Shown: positions 7,179-16,654, counted from the first letter of the stretch. The stretch is DNA of 64,000 nt from Pseudomonadota bacterium (GCA_043798915.1 JAZDOG010000020.1:7281-71280); one strand, 5' to 3'. Translations and numbers: made by a program. Notes: generated by a model not told the origin, from the sequence alone.

Positions 7179-8804
7179 TCAGATTTTCCCGTTCATCTCA
7201 TATACATCAAAATGCCCGATCTCCTTCACCTTTAAGAAATTGTCGAAGATGTAGGATTTGAGCAGCGGAAAATCGTCAAGGCCGTCGTAATTATCAGGAT
7301 CAATTCTATGGAGGACCACTATCTCGACTTCATTTTTTTTGAGGTCATCCACGATCCAATTGTCCAGCCTGGCATCGTAGACCTCCGGATACGTCAACCT
7401 CTTTGCGAATTCGACCAGCGGCTGGGGAGAAGGCTTGCCCAGCGCGCCATAGAGCATGGCAAATAAATATGGAAAGGTAAAAAAATTCCTGTCCTTTTTC
7501 CGAAGATAGCTGGCCAGATTGTCAATATTCTCCGCTTTGTACGGATTGTCTTCGGTCGATGACTCAGCCCATTTCATGGGCTGCAGGTTGGGTTCCTTCA
7601 GCGCATTGAGGGACATGATGGGGGTAATCCACCCGCTTTTGAAAGCGTATCTGACGCCCCTGACCGCACAGACTATGAGCAGCATGGACACCAGCACGAT
7701 TAAAATCTTTCTTGGAGGAATCTTCAATTCACTGCGAAGCACTCCGGCGCTTTCGGGTATGGACAAATCAAAAAAATGGAACAGGAGGCCCGTCTCAAGT
7801 GAAGCGACGATGCCCACGAAGGAATACGATGTGGGGTAGACGGAGGTGTAAAAGAAGAAAAGCTGAAAGAGGAAGGCGCCTATGCACAGGACGGAAGATA
7901 TGAATGGGAGTCTCCATGAGGATCTCACCTTTTTAAAATTGCAGAAATACAATGCAACCACGACGGCCGGAACTGCGATGGTCAGCAATGCATATGGCTT
8001 GTGCATCTTCAGGGATTCGTTGAAAAGGGTTCCAAATCTTCCCGCGCCCACGCCGAATGGAAGGAGGATGTAATAACGCAGAAAATTATTGAGATCCGAT
8101 TTATATACAAGCCAGGACAAAAAAAGCGAAGCCGCCGCAGAAATGCCAAGGAGGAAAACGGCGATGCGTCCCCATGCGGGCCTCGCTTCGGAAATCGATG
8201 CTGCGATGATCAGCATAAGAAATAAAGGGATGGCAAAAAAACCCGTGTTCTGCTTCCCCAATAGTGTTGCGAATGCAAAGATTCCGCCTGTGAAGAGAAG
8301 CGCCATGTTGATGATGGACCGCCGTGATTTGCCGCAGAGCGCGGGGAGGATGAGCGCTATCGCTATGAATGAGAACGCCAGCGATATCTGCTCCGGCACC
8401 GGTATGCCGAAGGGCGCATTGAACCAGATTGCGGTGAGGAAACCCGCGATGTACGACAGATATTTCTGTGGAAAGAGGATTCTGACCGTCATCATGCTGC
8501 AGAGCGTCGCGACGACACTCATAGATGCCGCACAGACAAGGAACGCCACATAGTTGACGCCCAGGAGCTTGAAAAAAAGCGCCACAAGCCAGAACAACGC
8601 CAGGCTATGCTGGGAGACGAAGTCCTTGAACAGGATCTGGCCTGAGAATACCCTGTAACCGCCATCGAACGTCAATGCCGGGCTCAGCGGCATGGCAACC
8701 TGGCCTCCTATATAGCTCACGATGAACGCCGCTGATAGTATGAGCAGGATCACCGCAAGATCAAGCAGCTTGGAGCTCAGACGCGACGGATTGCTATTTG
8801 CCAT
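7179..8804 (-). CDS. Polytopic membrane glycosyltransferase, GT-C superfamily (ArnT/PMT/GT39-like), with C-terminal soluble domain
   Basis: About 12 predicted hydrophobic helices then a ~150-aa hydrophilic C-terminus. Probable ATG at 8804 (MANSNPSRLSSKLLDLAVILLIL...); the track ORF extends to 8909. Confidence 0.45.
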   Translation of the reverse strand: MANSNPSRLSSKLLDLAVILLILSAAFIVSYIGGQVAMPLSPALTFDGGYRVFSGQILFKDFVSQHSLALFWLVALFFKLLGVNYVAFLVCAASMSVVATLCSMMTVRILFPQKYLSYIAGFLTAIWFNAPFGIPVPEQISLAFSFIAIALILPALCGKSRRSIINMALLFTGGIFAFATLLGKQNTGFFAIPLFLMLIIAASISEARPAWGRIAVFLLGISAAASLFLSWLVYKSDLNNFLRYYILLPFGVGAGRFGTLFNESLKMHKPYALLTIAVPAVVVALYFCNFKKVRSSWRLPFISSVLCIGAFLFQLFFFYTSVYPTSYSFVGIVASLETGLLFHFFDLSIPESAGVLRSELKIPPRKILIVLVSMLLIVCAVRGVRYAFKSGWITPIMSLNALKEPNLQPMKWAESSTEDNPYKAENIDNLASYLRKKDRNFFTFPYLFAMLYGALGKPSPQPLVEFAKRLTYPEVYDARLDNWIVDDLKKNEVEIVVLHRIDPDNYDGLDDFPLLKSYIFDNFLKVKEIGHFDVYEMNGKI

Positions 8805-8893
8805 GCCATGCCCTTTGATGCGGTATCTAAGCTCAATTGAACCGCCGTGCATGCAAACATATTCCGGCGGGCAGTGCAACGGGACTTTGATGG

Positions 8894-9069
8894 TTACTAA
8901 GGAGAGCACATTATACCTCGCATCTTGCGGCCGCCAATGGCCTGCGACTGCGTCAGATTTCGCAAAAAGTGCTCAACGTAGCTTTGGCTACGCCTCCGCG
9001 CTTTTTGCTCATCTTCCTTGTCTCGGCTCATTGTCGTTGCAATCTGCGAGGTATAATGTGCTCTCCTTA
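8894..9069. mobile_element. MITE-like element: 29-bp perfect terminal inverted repeats (TTACTAAGGAGAGCACATTATACCTCGCA ... TGCGAGGTATAATGTGCTCTCCTTAGTAA) around a ~118-bp core
   Basis: Seen directly in sequence; lies in the divergent promoter region between the gene ending at 8804 (-) and the gene starting at 9118 (+). Explains the spurious mirrored ORFs 8722..9084(+) and 9009..9311(-), which both read 'KESTLYLA'. No transposase. Coordinates +/-2. Confidence 0.5.
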
Positions 9070-9117
9070 GTAAAGGGCTTGTAATGAACGCTGAAACTGG
9101 TAAAACTGGGTTCTCCG

Positions 9118-9975
9118 ATGAATATCAAAAAAGAAATATTCGATAAGCTCATCTGCTTAGGCTGCCATTCGAACGGATTGACCCTTTGCGCCGATTTCTC
9201 AATCCGGTGCGCCAAATGTTTGCGCACATATCCGATCGTGAACGGAGTGTATTCCTTTGTCCCGGAGGAAGCGGTTTCCTTCAGCGAAGTGCCGAAAGAG
9301 ATACGCGGCAATTATATCAGGGTTAAGAGGGCAGCCTACTTCGACGAGTCATTCATCCAAAAATTATACACGCATTATCATCGCTATGCGGGAAAGATGA
9401 GGAGCTTGTATGGCGGCGATGGATCAACGTTGGATATCGGGTTTGGGGCGGGCGAGCATTATGAATTCATCCGCCCTGACGAAAAAGACGGACGATCATT
9501 TATCGGAGCAGATCGCGACAGGTTCAAATTGGAATACTTTTGCAGAAATCATCAGGATGTTCCGGTGTTTCAGGCGGATGCACTCGACCTGCCGTTTTCG
9601 GATGGCAGTTTTGATGTGGTGCAGCTCTTGGCAACCATAGAACATTTTGATATAAAAGGCGTCAACAGGGTTATCTCTGAAAGCCTGAGGGTTTTGAAGG
9701 CGAACGGGATCCTGATCGTATGTTATCCGGCGGAAGGCAGCCTGCTGCTGAAGTGCTGCCGAAAGATCATGGGGGTCATTTTAAAGTTCAAGTCGGATTA
9801 TGACATGGTGAAAGATCTGGCGCATACGCATGCGCATTTATCTTCCGCCGCTGAAACAAGAAAAGCTTTGAAGAGCAACGGGCAATTAAAAAACGTCGAT
9901 TCATCATTCTACTTTCTGTCAATTCCAAATTTGCATTTATCACTTTTTATCAATGAAGTTTATAGAAAGATATAG
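9118..9975 (+). CDS. Class I SAM-dependent methyltransferase with N-terminal Trm112-like Zn-ribbon (CLGC...CAKC)
   Basis: Motif I 'LDIGFGAGEH'; acidic 'DALDLPFSDGSFDVV' post-I/II motifs (Methyltransf_11-like). Confidence 0.7.
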   Translation: MNIKKEIFDKLICLGCHSNGLTLCADFSIRCAKCLRTYPIVNGVYSFVPEEAVSFSEVPKEIRGNYIRVKRAAYFDESFIQKLYTHYHRYAGKMRSLYGGDGSTLDIGFGAGEHYEFIRPDEKDGRSFIGADRDRFKLEYFCRNHQDVPVFQADALDLPFSDGSFDVVQLLATIEHFDIKGVNRVISESLRVLKANGILIVCYPAEGSLLLKCCRKIMGVILKFKSDYDMVKDLAHTHAHLSSAAETRKALKSNGQLKNVDSSFYFLSIPNLHLSLFINEVYRKI

Positions 9976-9994
9976 CCGCCTTTGCAGGTAAAAT

Positions 9995-11512
9995 ATGACA
10001 ATGAATCGCAATAAAATATTGCTTGTTTATCCAAAGGTGGGGATGAGCGGTTCCTTTGCGTGTCATCTTCCTTTGAGCCTTCTCTATGCGGCGGCGGATT
10101 CCATCAAGGCTGGATTCGAGGTGGATATTGTCGATGTGAGGCTTTGTCCGCAGAAATGGAAGGAAGCCATCTCTGCGAAGATATCTTCCGGCACGATTTT
10201 GGCCGGGCTGAGCGTCATGACGGGCACGCCGATAAAAAATGCCCTTGAGATCTCCAGGTGGATCAGGAGTTCTTATTCCCATGTGAAGGTTGTCTGGGGA
10301 GGGCCCCACGCCGCTTTCAACGGCGCCGAGATTTTAAGGGAAAGGAGCATAGATTATGTCGTCAGCGGCTATGGTTCGCTGCCCCTGTCCAGGATTGCCA
10401 GGTTCCTGAGGGGCGACAAAGATGCATTGCAACTTGAGGACATATCCGGCCTGTCATATCGCAAAAACGGCTCTATCATGTCGGTGCCGAGGGAAAATAA
10501 ATTTGAGCTGATCAATTATAAAGACATTCCATACCACCTTATAGAAAAAGACCTTGGCCGCTATGGCCAGCTGGACAACGGCGAGATCATTTTCCCAATG
10601 TATAGCGTGGTAGGCTGCCCGTATCACTGCGCATTTTGTTCTTCCCCGGCTCAGTATAGGGATTTTACAAACAAGTACGAACGCATTTCATCGCAGGAGG
10701 TGGTCGACCATATCGAATTTGTTAAAAACGGGTATGGCGCCGAATATATATATTTCATCGATGATGATTCGTTCGTCAATCTTGAACATGTGACAAAAAT
10801 AATCGACGAGGTCAACAGCAGGGCGCTCAAGGTGCGCCTGGGTTTCAGGGGGGCCAGGATCGATGAGATCAAAAAAATGGATGACGAATATCTGGAAAAG
10901 CTGGTCGATGTCGGAACTGACATCCTTCATGTCGGTGCTGAATCAGGCTCGCAAAGGATGCTCGATCTGATACGAAAGGATATCACCGTCGATGATATTA
11001 TTTTCGTAAATAAAAAGATGGCGCGCCATAGCAGGATCGTTACCACATATAACTGGATAGTCGGGCTGCCGGGGGAGACGGAGGGCGATTTGCGCAAGAC
11101 GAGGGAGCTGATCATGACACTGCTGGGCGACAACCCGACTGCGATAATTGTCATGCCCAATAAATACCGCCCCTTGCCAGGAACAGAGCTGTATGAACAC
11201 GCGTTGAGACACGGCTATAAAAAACCTGCCAGGCTGGAAGACTGGATCGACAGAGAGGCGGAGGGAAGCTGGCGGATGCCGTGGTATACAAAAGAGACGG
11301 CAAAGATGATAGATATGATGCAGGTGACTTCATTTTTTATAGACGACAAAATATTCAAGGTGCGGACAGGCAGGACATTGAAGTTTCTCCTGGCGCGCCT
11401 GGTCTCCTGGATATATGCCCCGATAGCCAGGTTGAGATTTAAGCATGGTTTCTCAGGGATGCTAGTTGAACACAAATTGTTCCAATGGTCGGTCTCCGCC
11501 TTCCGAAAATAA
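9995..11512 (+). CDS. B12-binding-domain radical SAM protein (class B rSAM; likely C- or O-methyltransferase on a sugar)
   Basis: N-terminal Rossmann-like B12-binding region (ILLVYPK..., 'VVWGGPHA'), then rSAM cluster CPYHCAFC. Confidence 0.8.
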   Translation: MTMNRNKILLVYPKVGMSGSFACHLPLSLLYAAADSIKAGFEVDIVDVRLCPQKWKEAISAKISSGTILAGLSVMTGTPIKNALEISRWIRSSYSHVKVVWGGPHAAFNGAEILRERSIDYVVSGYGSLPLSRIARFLRGDKDALQLEDISGLSYRKNGSIMSVPRENKFELINYKDIPYHLIEKDLGRYGQLDNGEIIFPMYSVVGCPYHCAFCSSPAQYRDFTNKYERISSQEVVDHIEFVKNGYGAEYIYFIDDDSFVNLEHVTKIIDEVNSRALKVRLGFRGARIDEIKKMDDEYLEKLVDVGTDILHVGAESGSQRMLDLIRKDITVDDIIFVNKKMARHSRIVTTYNWIVGLPGETEGDLRKTRELIMTLLGDNPTAIIVMPNKYRPLPGTELYEHALRHGYKKPARLEDWIDREAEGSWRMPWYTKETAKMIDMMQVTSFFIDDKIFKVRTGRTLKFLLARLVSWIYAPIARLRFKHGFSGMLVEHKLFQWSVSAFRK

Positions 11513-11760
11513 TTTAGACGTCCCGCAAGGGAACTTCTGCCGAAATCAAGTGATTTGCTCATCAACGCCTTCTCGGTGCATGGTATCTCGCCGGGGTTCT
11601 TTCAATGGTCTTGGGGGCCTCCGGCGTTTTTACCGGGATCGGCGCAATGTATCTCGCTGGGACTCTTTGAATGGTCTCATGAGCTTCAGGGGCCTCCGGC
11701 GTTTTTACTTCCTCGGCTGGGAGTTGAGGCTCTTCGTATTTTCCCTTGGTGCGCACGTCC
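11466..11760. repeat. Tandem array of ~60-70-nt repeats (core ...CAATGGTC...GGGGCCTCCGGCGTTTTTAC...), about 3-4 copies
   Basis: Seen directly: tccaatggtcggtctccgccttccg / ttcaatggtcttgggggcctccggcgtttttacc / ttgaatggtctcatgagcttcaggggcctccggcgtttttact. On the minus strand they encode the VKTPEAPxxxETIxRxPARY and YYxEDVRTKG peptide repeats. Confidence 0.6.
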
Positions 11761-12068
11761 TCCTGATAATACTGCCCTTTAGTCCTCACATCCTCGCCGT
11801 AATAGCTGCCATTGACGCGTTCGCTCTGGATCCCTGACGGCGCCTGTGGATAGGGCACCGTTGTCTCGATATCCCGCCGCGGCGGGGCATTGGATATTGA
11901 AGAATTGATGATCGGCGAAATCACCTGGCCGATGCCCGTGGTCTGGCCGGCCACTGGGTTGGTTCCGGTTATGGCGCCGCCCGTATCCTGCCTCTGTGCG
12001 AAAACAGTCGTACTTACGGACAGGTCAAATATAAACACTATAATTGCTATTGAGTGAGATACCTTCAT
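11562..12068 (-). CDS. Secreted repeat protein (signal peptide MKVSHSIAIIVFIFDLSVSTTVFAQ; internal peptide repeats), hypothetical
   Basis: Probable ATG at 12068. Gly/Thr-rich linker then repeated motifs YYGEDVRTKGQYYQEDVRTKGKY and VKTPEAPEAHETIQRVPARYIAPIPVKTPEAPKTIERTPARYHAP. Confidence 0.45.
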   Translation of the reverse strand: MKVSHSIAIIVFIFDLSVSTTVFAQRQDTGGAITGTNPVAGQTTGIGQVISPIINSSISNAPPRRDIETTVPYPQAPSGIQSERVNGSYYGEDVRTKGQYYQEDVRTKGKYEEPQLPAEEVKTPEAPEAHETIQRVPARYIAPIPVKTPEAPKTIERTPARYHAPRRR

Positions 12069-12225
12069 TAATGATAGAATAGCATGTGATGTCACCGATT
12101 GTCAAATATAGCAGGAGTGATTTTGCTTGGCATTTCAAGTAATTAGGATGGTTGTCCAATAAGTTTGATTTAGATGAATGATGATGTTATCTTGATATAG
12201 CAAGGTATTTCAAAGTGAGGTCATT

Positions 12226-13398
12226 TTGCTGCGCTTCAGACAAATAATAAAGAACCCCGAAAAGGATAAGCAGCCAGAGGAAAAGAGGGGTTCGGTCTCA
12301 TTTTCAGAGCTGCGGGATCAAAAGGAATTCCCCGCACAGGGGCCGCCTGCGCAGGAACCGCGCGCACAGGAGCCGGCCAAAGAGGAGCCAAAAGCTGCAG
12401 ACTCGATAAATTTGCGGCTCTTCGATGTAAAAGAGCAGGGCAAGCAAATGTCCCCGCCCAAAGATGATCTGCCGTCGATTTCGGATGCGGTCTCCGCGTT
12501 CGATACGTATACGAAGATGGCCGATTTCTTGAGCGGGGTTACCGGCCGGCTTGTGCGCGCGGAGCCGGTCACTTATGATGAGATTGAGGCCCAGGTTGAA
12601 AATCTGCTGGCCGAAACCAAAGAACACCCGGATCAGACGCAGCTGTTGATAGAGGTGGACACTCCCGAGGATTACCCCGTAGGGCATATGGTCTGCGTCT
12701 GCATCCTGGCGCTCAGGATGGGCATGGAGCTCAATTTTAGCCATGAAAAGCTGATGACTATGGGAATAGGGGCTTCGCTGTTTGACGTTGGAATGATCAA
12801 ATTGCTGGACATCGCAAGTGTGGGACGCAATGTCAGCCCGCTCGAATTTGACGAGGTGAGGAAGCATCCTGAATACAGTGTGAATGTGATCAGACAGATC
12901 AAAGGCATGCCTGAGGCGGCTGTCGAGATTGCGATGCAGCACCACGAGCGCCCCGACGGGAAAGGCTATCCGTACGGTTTGCGCGCGGGGCAGATTTCCG
13001 AGCTTGCAAAAGTTGTGATGCTTGCCGACGTCTATGTGGCCTTGACTCACTCAAGGCCGAAGAGGGCGGGTGTGACGCCCCACGATGCGATCAAAGAGCT
13101 TTTGCAGGGCCCCCGTCTTTTCAGCCCCCATGTCCTGAAGGCGCTTCTGCGCGTTATCACGGTGTACCCCATCGGCACCTGGGTTGAACTCAATTCGCGC
13201 GATGTGGGGCGAGTCGTAAAGCTCAACCACGAACAGCCGCTGCGCCCCATAATTGAAGTCGTGTGCGACTATCGGGGCCAGAGGATGGAATCAAAAAATG
13301 TGGTAAATCTGAACGAACGCCCTCAGCTCTATATCACCGGCGTGGTGGAAAAGGATCATGTGAAAAAATGGGGCCTGGATGAGCTGGTCCTCGCTTGA
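12226..13398 (+). CDS. HD-GYP domain protein (c-di-GMP phosphodiesterase family) with low-complexity Pro/Glu-rich N-terminus
   Basis: 'HHERPDGKGYPYGL' matches the HD-GYP signature HHE.xDGxGYP. Paralogous to 53950..55080 and shares its C-terminal 'P(I/V)G(T/S)WV.L..(R/G).(V/A)(G/A)RVV.LN' domain. Confidence 0.75.
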   Translation: MLRFRQIIKNPEKDKQPEEKRGSVSFSELRDQKEFPAQGPPAQEPRAQEPAKEEPKAADSINLRLFDVKEQGKQMSPPKDDLPSISDAVSAFDTYTKMADFLSGVTGRLVRAEPVTYDEIEAQVENLLAETKEHPDQTQLLIEVDTPEDYPVGHMVCVCILALRMGMELNFSHEKLMTMGIGASLFDVGMIKLLDIASVGRNVSPLEFDEVRKHPEYSVNVIRQIKGMPEAAVEIAMQHHERPDGKGYPYGLRAGQISELAKVVMLADVYVALTHSRPKRAGVTPHDAIKELLQGPRLFSPHVLKALLRVITVYPIGTWVELNSRDVGRVVKLNHEQPLRPIIEVVCDYRGQRMESKNVVNLNERPQLYITGVVEKDHVKKWGLDELVLA

Positions 13399-13429
13399 TT
13401 TGCCCGCCTTTTGTGGCTTTAGTTTATTC

Positions 13430-13458
13430 GCCGACCCGTTCAAGGTCGGCCTTTTTAT
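13430..13458 (+). terminator. Rho-independent terminator (GCCGACC-CGTTCAA-GGTCGGC then CTTTTTAT) after the HD-GYP gene
   Basis: GC stem of 7 bp with a 7-nt loop followed by a T-run, about 35 nt after the stop at 13398. Coordinates +/-2. Confidence 0.5.
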
Positions 13459-13561
13459 CCTCCTGCGATTCTGCGAGTGAGACCATGCTTGCAAAAAACA
13501 GGAAGGAACCATAAACATAACAGGTTCAGGGATTTGGCTGTTTTTATCCAGGAGCGCTGGG

Positions 13562-14995
13562 ATGAAGGTTTTTGTGGCAGGCGGGGCGGGTTTTATCGGG
13601 AGCAACCTGATCGCGCGATTGCTCAGCGGCTATTCATTATTTGCGGCCGTCATTTTGGCGGCAGTCGTGCTTCGCCTGTATTGTCTCGGCGAAAGGACCT
13701 TGGGGGTGGACGAAGCGACCGCTTTGTTGACTGCCTCTCCTTCCGTCAAGGATATATGGCTGAACTCGTTTTATCAGCACCTGATATCTCAAAGTCACTT
13801 GCCAGCTTACTTCTGGCTGCTGCATTTCTGGATGCTCCTCGGAAAAAGCGAAATTGTCGTGAGGCTGCCCTCGGTCATAATGGGGCTGGCTGCATTTCCT
13901 CTGATGTACTCAACAATGGTAAAGCTGTATGATAGCAAAGCCGCAAAAATAGCATGTGTGCTCCTTGCGTTTTCATGGCTCCACATCCGATATTCGCAGG
14001 AAGCAAGGATGTATTCCTTGATGGTGTTCCTCAGCCTTTTGTCCTTCTATTTCTTCGTGAGAGCAATTCAGCAAAATCAGCGCCGCCATTGGCTGGCCTA
14101 CGTCTTCTTTACCGCAATCAATTTGTTTACGCACATCTTTTGCCTCATCCTGCCTTTAACTCAACTCATTTATCTCGTATTTTTTTATAAGGGGAATAAG
14201 AAAAAGATCGCGCCATATGCCATCCTGACTTTGCTCACTTGTCTTTTAATCATGTTTGTTATCCACAACTCATATCTGATGGCTATGACGGCTAATGTCA
14301 GAGCCGCACGAGACATTCATTTCATGCCGTCCGTGCTGGCAGGTCTCAGCTCCGGCCATCCAAGCCTTCCGTTGGGATATATTTCAATTCCGCTCTTCTT
14401 GGCGATTCTCTGTAAACCCATTTATCGGGCGATCAGAGAGCGCCAGACCGAATCCATCCTGCTCATCGTTCATTTTGCGATTCCGTTTTTTACCATCGCA
14501 GCATTGTCCATGCTCTCAACGAAAATTTTCATCCGCTATGTCATATTTCTGCTTCCGTTCTATCTCATGCTCGTTGCCATGGCTATCTCGAGCATAAAAA
14601 CGGTCATGCTTGGAAGGGCGCTCGTCATTCTGATCATTCTGCTCAATGTTGTTCAGCTTCATCATCATTATCGTTATGAAGAAGAGCCCTGGAGAGAGGT
14701 GGGACGTTTCCTTGAGCAAAGAACAGCGCCAGATGATGCGATTGTCGTCATCCCGGGGTATTACTGGATCGCATTGGATTATTATTACAAGGGGGGCAAC
14801 GAGAAGCTGGGGCTTATAACGGGGGCGGGTGGGAATCTTGATTCGATTGAGCGGTTGCATAGAAAAAAGAATGTATGGCTTATTTGCGACCCGTCTCTAA
14901 ATGATTACTGTGTAAATTTAGTTGGCAAACTTTCGCAAAGCCCTGCGGCGCAATCGGAATTTCCCAGCGTGTTTTATGTCAGACGCTCTGAGTGA
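13562..14995 (+). CDS. GT-C superfamily membrane glycosyltransferase (ArnT/PMT_2-like) carrying a foreign 21-aa SDR-type N-terminus (MKVFVAGGAGFIGSNLIARLL)
   Basis: After the GxGxxG Rossmann fragment, the protein continues as a typical PMT_2/ArnT N-terminus (AAVILAAVVLRLYCLGERTLGVDEA...), multiple TM helices and a C-terminal soluble domain. True ATG with an AGGAG RBS at 13562. Confidence 0.55.
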   Translation: MKVFVAGGAGFIGSNLIARLLSGYSLFAAVILAAVVLRLYCLGERTLGVDEATALLTASPSVKDIWLNSFYQHLISQSHLPAYFWLLHFWMLLGKSEIVVRLPSVIMGLAAFPLMYSTMVKLYDSKAAKIACVLLAFSWLHIRYSQEARMYSLMVFLSLLSFYFFVRAIQQNQRRHWLAYVFFTAINLFTHIFCLILPLTQLIYLVFFYKGNKKKIAPYAILTLLTCLLIMFVIHNSYLMAMTANVRAARDIHFMPSVLAGLSSGHPSLPLGYISIPLFLAILCKPIYRAIRERQTESILLIVHFAIPFFTIAALSMLSTKIFIRYVIFLLPFYLMLVAMAISSIKTVMLGRALVILIILLNVVQLHHHYRYEEEPWREVGRFLEQRTAPDDAIVVIPGYYWIALDYYYKGGNEKLGLITGAGGNLDSIERLHRKKNVWLICDPSLNDYCVNLVGKLSQSPAAQSEFPSVFYVRRSE

Positions 14996-15030
14996 GCTGC
15001 AGGCCAGGTTTCATTGCAAAATGCTTCATT

Positions 15031-16425
15031 TTATACATTGTCCCTCTCCGCCTGCGTTCTGGCCTTGCGCAGGAATCGGGAAATTATAAGAGGCAGCGTT
15101 TTGAAGAAAATCAGGATGTCCTTCGCCAGCGACCAGTTATCTATGTATTTGAGATCAAGTTCCATGGCCATGTCGAAGGCAACCTTTCCGGAGCTGTGTA
15201 TCTGCCGGTAACAGGTGAGCCCCGGTTTCATCGAAAGACGCCGGCGCTGCCAGCCGTGAGCGTATAGCTCGACTTCAGCGGGGATATGCGGACGCGGGCC
15301 GATAAAACTCATTTCACCCATGAGGATGTTGAACAGCTGCGGCAGCTCGTCCATGCCGGATTTTCTCAAGAATCTGCCGATCATCGTGACCTTGGAGCCG
15401 TCGGTCATCGAGCGGAACTTATAGAGCCTGAATGGGCGGCCGCGAAGACCGATCCTCTTCTGAGCGTAGAACACCGGCCCCTTCGAGCTGAGCTTTATTG
15501 AGAGGGCGATGATCAGGAACAGCGGGGACAGGAACACCAGAAATAGTGCGGCGAAAAATACATCAAGAAAATACTTCACGACCATCTGCCAGTTGAGCGG
15601 AGGCGCGGTTCTGAAGACCAGAAACGGCAGACCGTTGATCTCTTCGATTGCAAGGTGCGAAAGCGACAGCTCAAGAAAATCGGTGGCGAGCCAGGTTTCG
15701 ACCCCCTCCTCCTCGCAGATGAACATCGCATTCTCAACGTCGGGCAGCGTCCTCCGTTGCACGTTGAATATGACCTGATCGGCGGGATGACGATGAAGGA
15801 CCTGCCGTATTCCGGACAGTTCGCCGAGGATCGGGATCCCGCCGACGTCGCCAGCTGCCCTGTCATCATGAGCCAGACAGATAGCGCCGACCACCTTTAA
15901 GCCAAGCTCGCTGTGTGCAGATATGAGGTGGGCGAGGGATGTCAGGGCATTGTGAGGCCCGACCATGATCGCGTGCCTTAAGTTTTTTCCCCGGCGTCTT
16001 GAGAGGGTCAAGTAACCCTCGATCGCTCCATCTTTGGCAATCAAAAATAAAAAGTTTATTATCGCGAAGCCGATGATCAGGGAGCGACTTATCTCTGCCA
16101 CCTGAAACAGGTAGCTTATGGCCACCAAAAGCACCGTGCCTTCGACGGAACTCTTGAATATTACCCTTGCATCTCTCACAAATCGCCGGCCGTGATGTGG
16201 AGGGTAGAGGCCGTTTAAGTTGCTCAGCAACGGCCAGAGGAGACATGAGATGATAAATATGGCGGAATAATACTCAAAACTGGCGAGCCTCCCCAGATAT
16301 TCGAAGCTCTGCGTGGTGGAGATGCTATCCCTCACGCGATAAGCGATCACAAAGGAAGCGGCCGTTATTGCCGCATCCAGAAGGTTATTAAGGCGTTTAT
16401 AGATATGATGTTGTTCGCGAAACAT
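15031..16425 (-). CDS. Polyprenyl-phosphate sugar-1-phosphate transferase (WbaP/EpsB-type priming glycosyltransferase; 'bacterial sugar transferase' family)
   Basis: N-terminal TM helices and a central Rossmann-like domain. C-terminal catalytic domain with 'KRIGLRGRPFRLYKFRSM' and 'GEMSFIGPRP' signatures. Confidence 0.85.
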   Translation of the reverse strand: MFREQHHIYKRLNNLLDAAITAASFVIAYRVRDSISTTQSFEYLGRLASFEYYSAIFIISCLLWPLLSNLNGLYPPHHGRRFVRDARVIFKSSVEGTVLLVAISYLFQVAEISRSLIIGFAIINFLFLIAKDGAIEGYLTLSRRRGKNLRHAIMVGPHNALTSLAHLISAHSELGLKVVGAICLAHDDRAAGDVGGIPILGELSGIRQVLHRHPADQVIFNVQRRTLPDVENAMFICEEEGVETWLATDFLELSLSHLAIEEINGLPFLVFRTAPPLNWQMVVKYFLDVFFAALFLVFLSPLFLIIALSIKLSSKGPVFYAQKRIGLRGRPFRLYKFRSMTDGSKVTMIGRFLRKSGMDELPQLFNILMGEMSFIGPRPHIPAEVELYAHGWQRRRLSMKPGLTCYRQIHSSGKVAFDMAMELDLKYIDNWSLAKDILIFFKTLPLIISRFLRKARTQAERDNV

Positions 16426-16654
16426 GTGTCTCTATGGTCTGTTATCATACTCGCTATTTACTGCACAAGGGCAATTGGGTTCCTAAAGGGGCAATGGAGT
16501 CCAGTAAGATACAAATATGATTATGCCTTTACATCTGGCAAATAATATTCTATCTCTATGATATTAATAAGAAAAAGGGTTGGAGATAGCGGGCACTGAA
16601 AAGCTGTTTTTATAGTCGGCCGCCGCACTAGGTGGGCTGGCTTTGGCGAGCATA

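Noticed and set aside
8722-9311. ORFs 8722..9084(+) and 9009..9311(-), both containing 'KESTLYLA'
   Set aside because: Both are read-through artefacts of the 29-bp inverted repeats of the MITE-like element. Each ORF translates one arm.
12304-13050. 248-aa minus-strand ORF inside the HD-GYP gene
   Set aside because: Antisense to a gene with a clear HD-GYP signature; its translation is Arg/Leu-rich with no domain features.
13562-13625. Possibility that the SDR GxGxxG start is a sequencing frameshift joining two intact genes
   Set aside because: Only 21 SDR-like codons are present before the GT-C sequence begins in the same frame. There is no space for the remaining ~300 codons of an epimerase, so a deletion fusion fits better than a frameshift.
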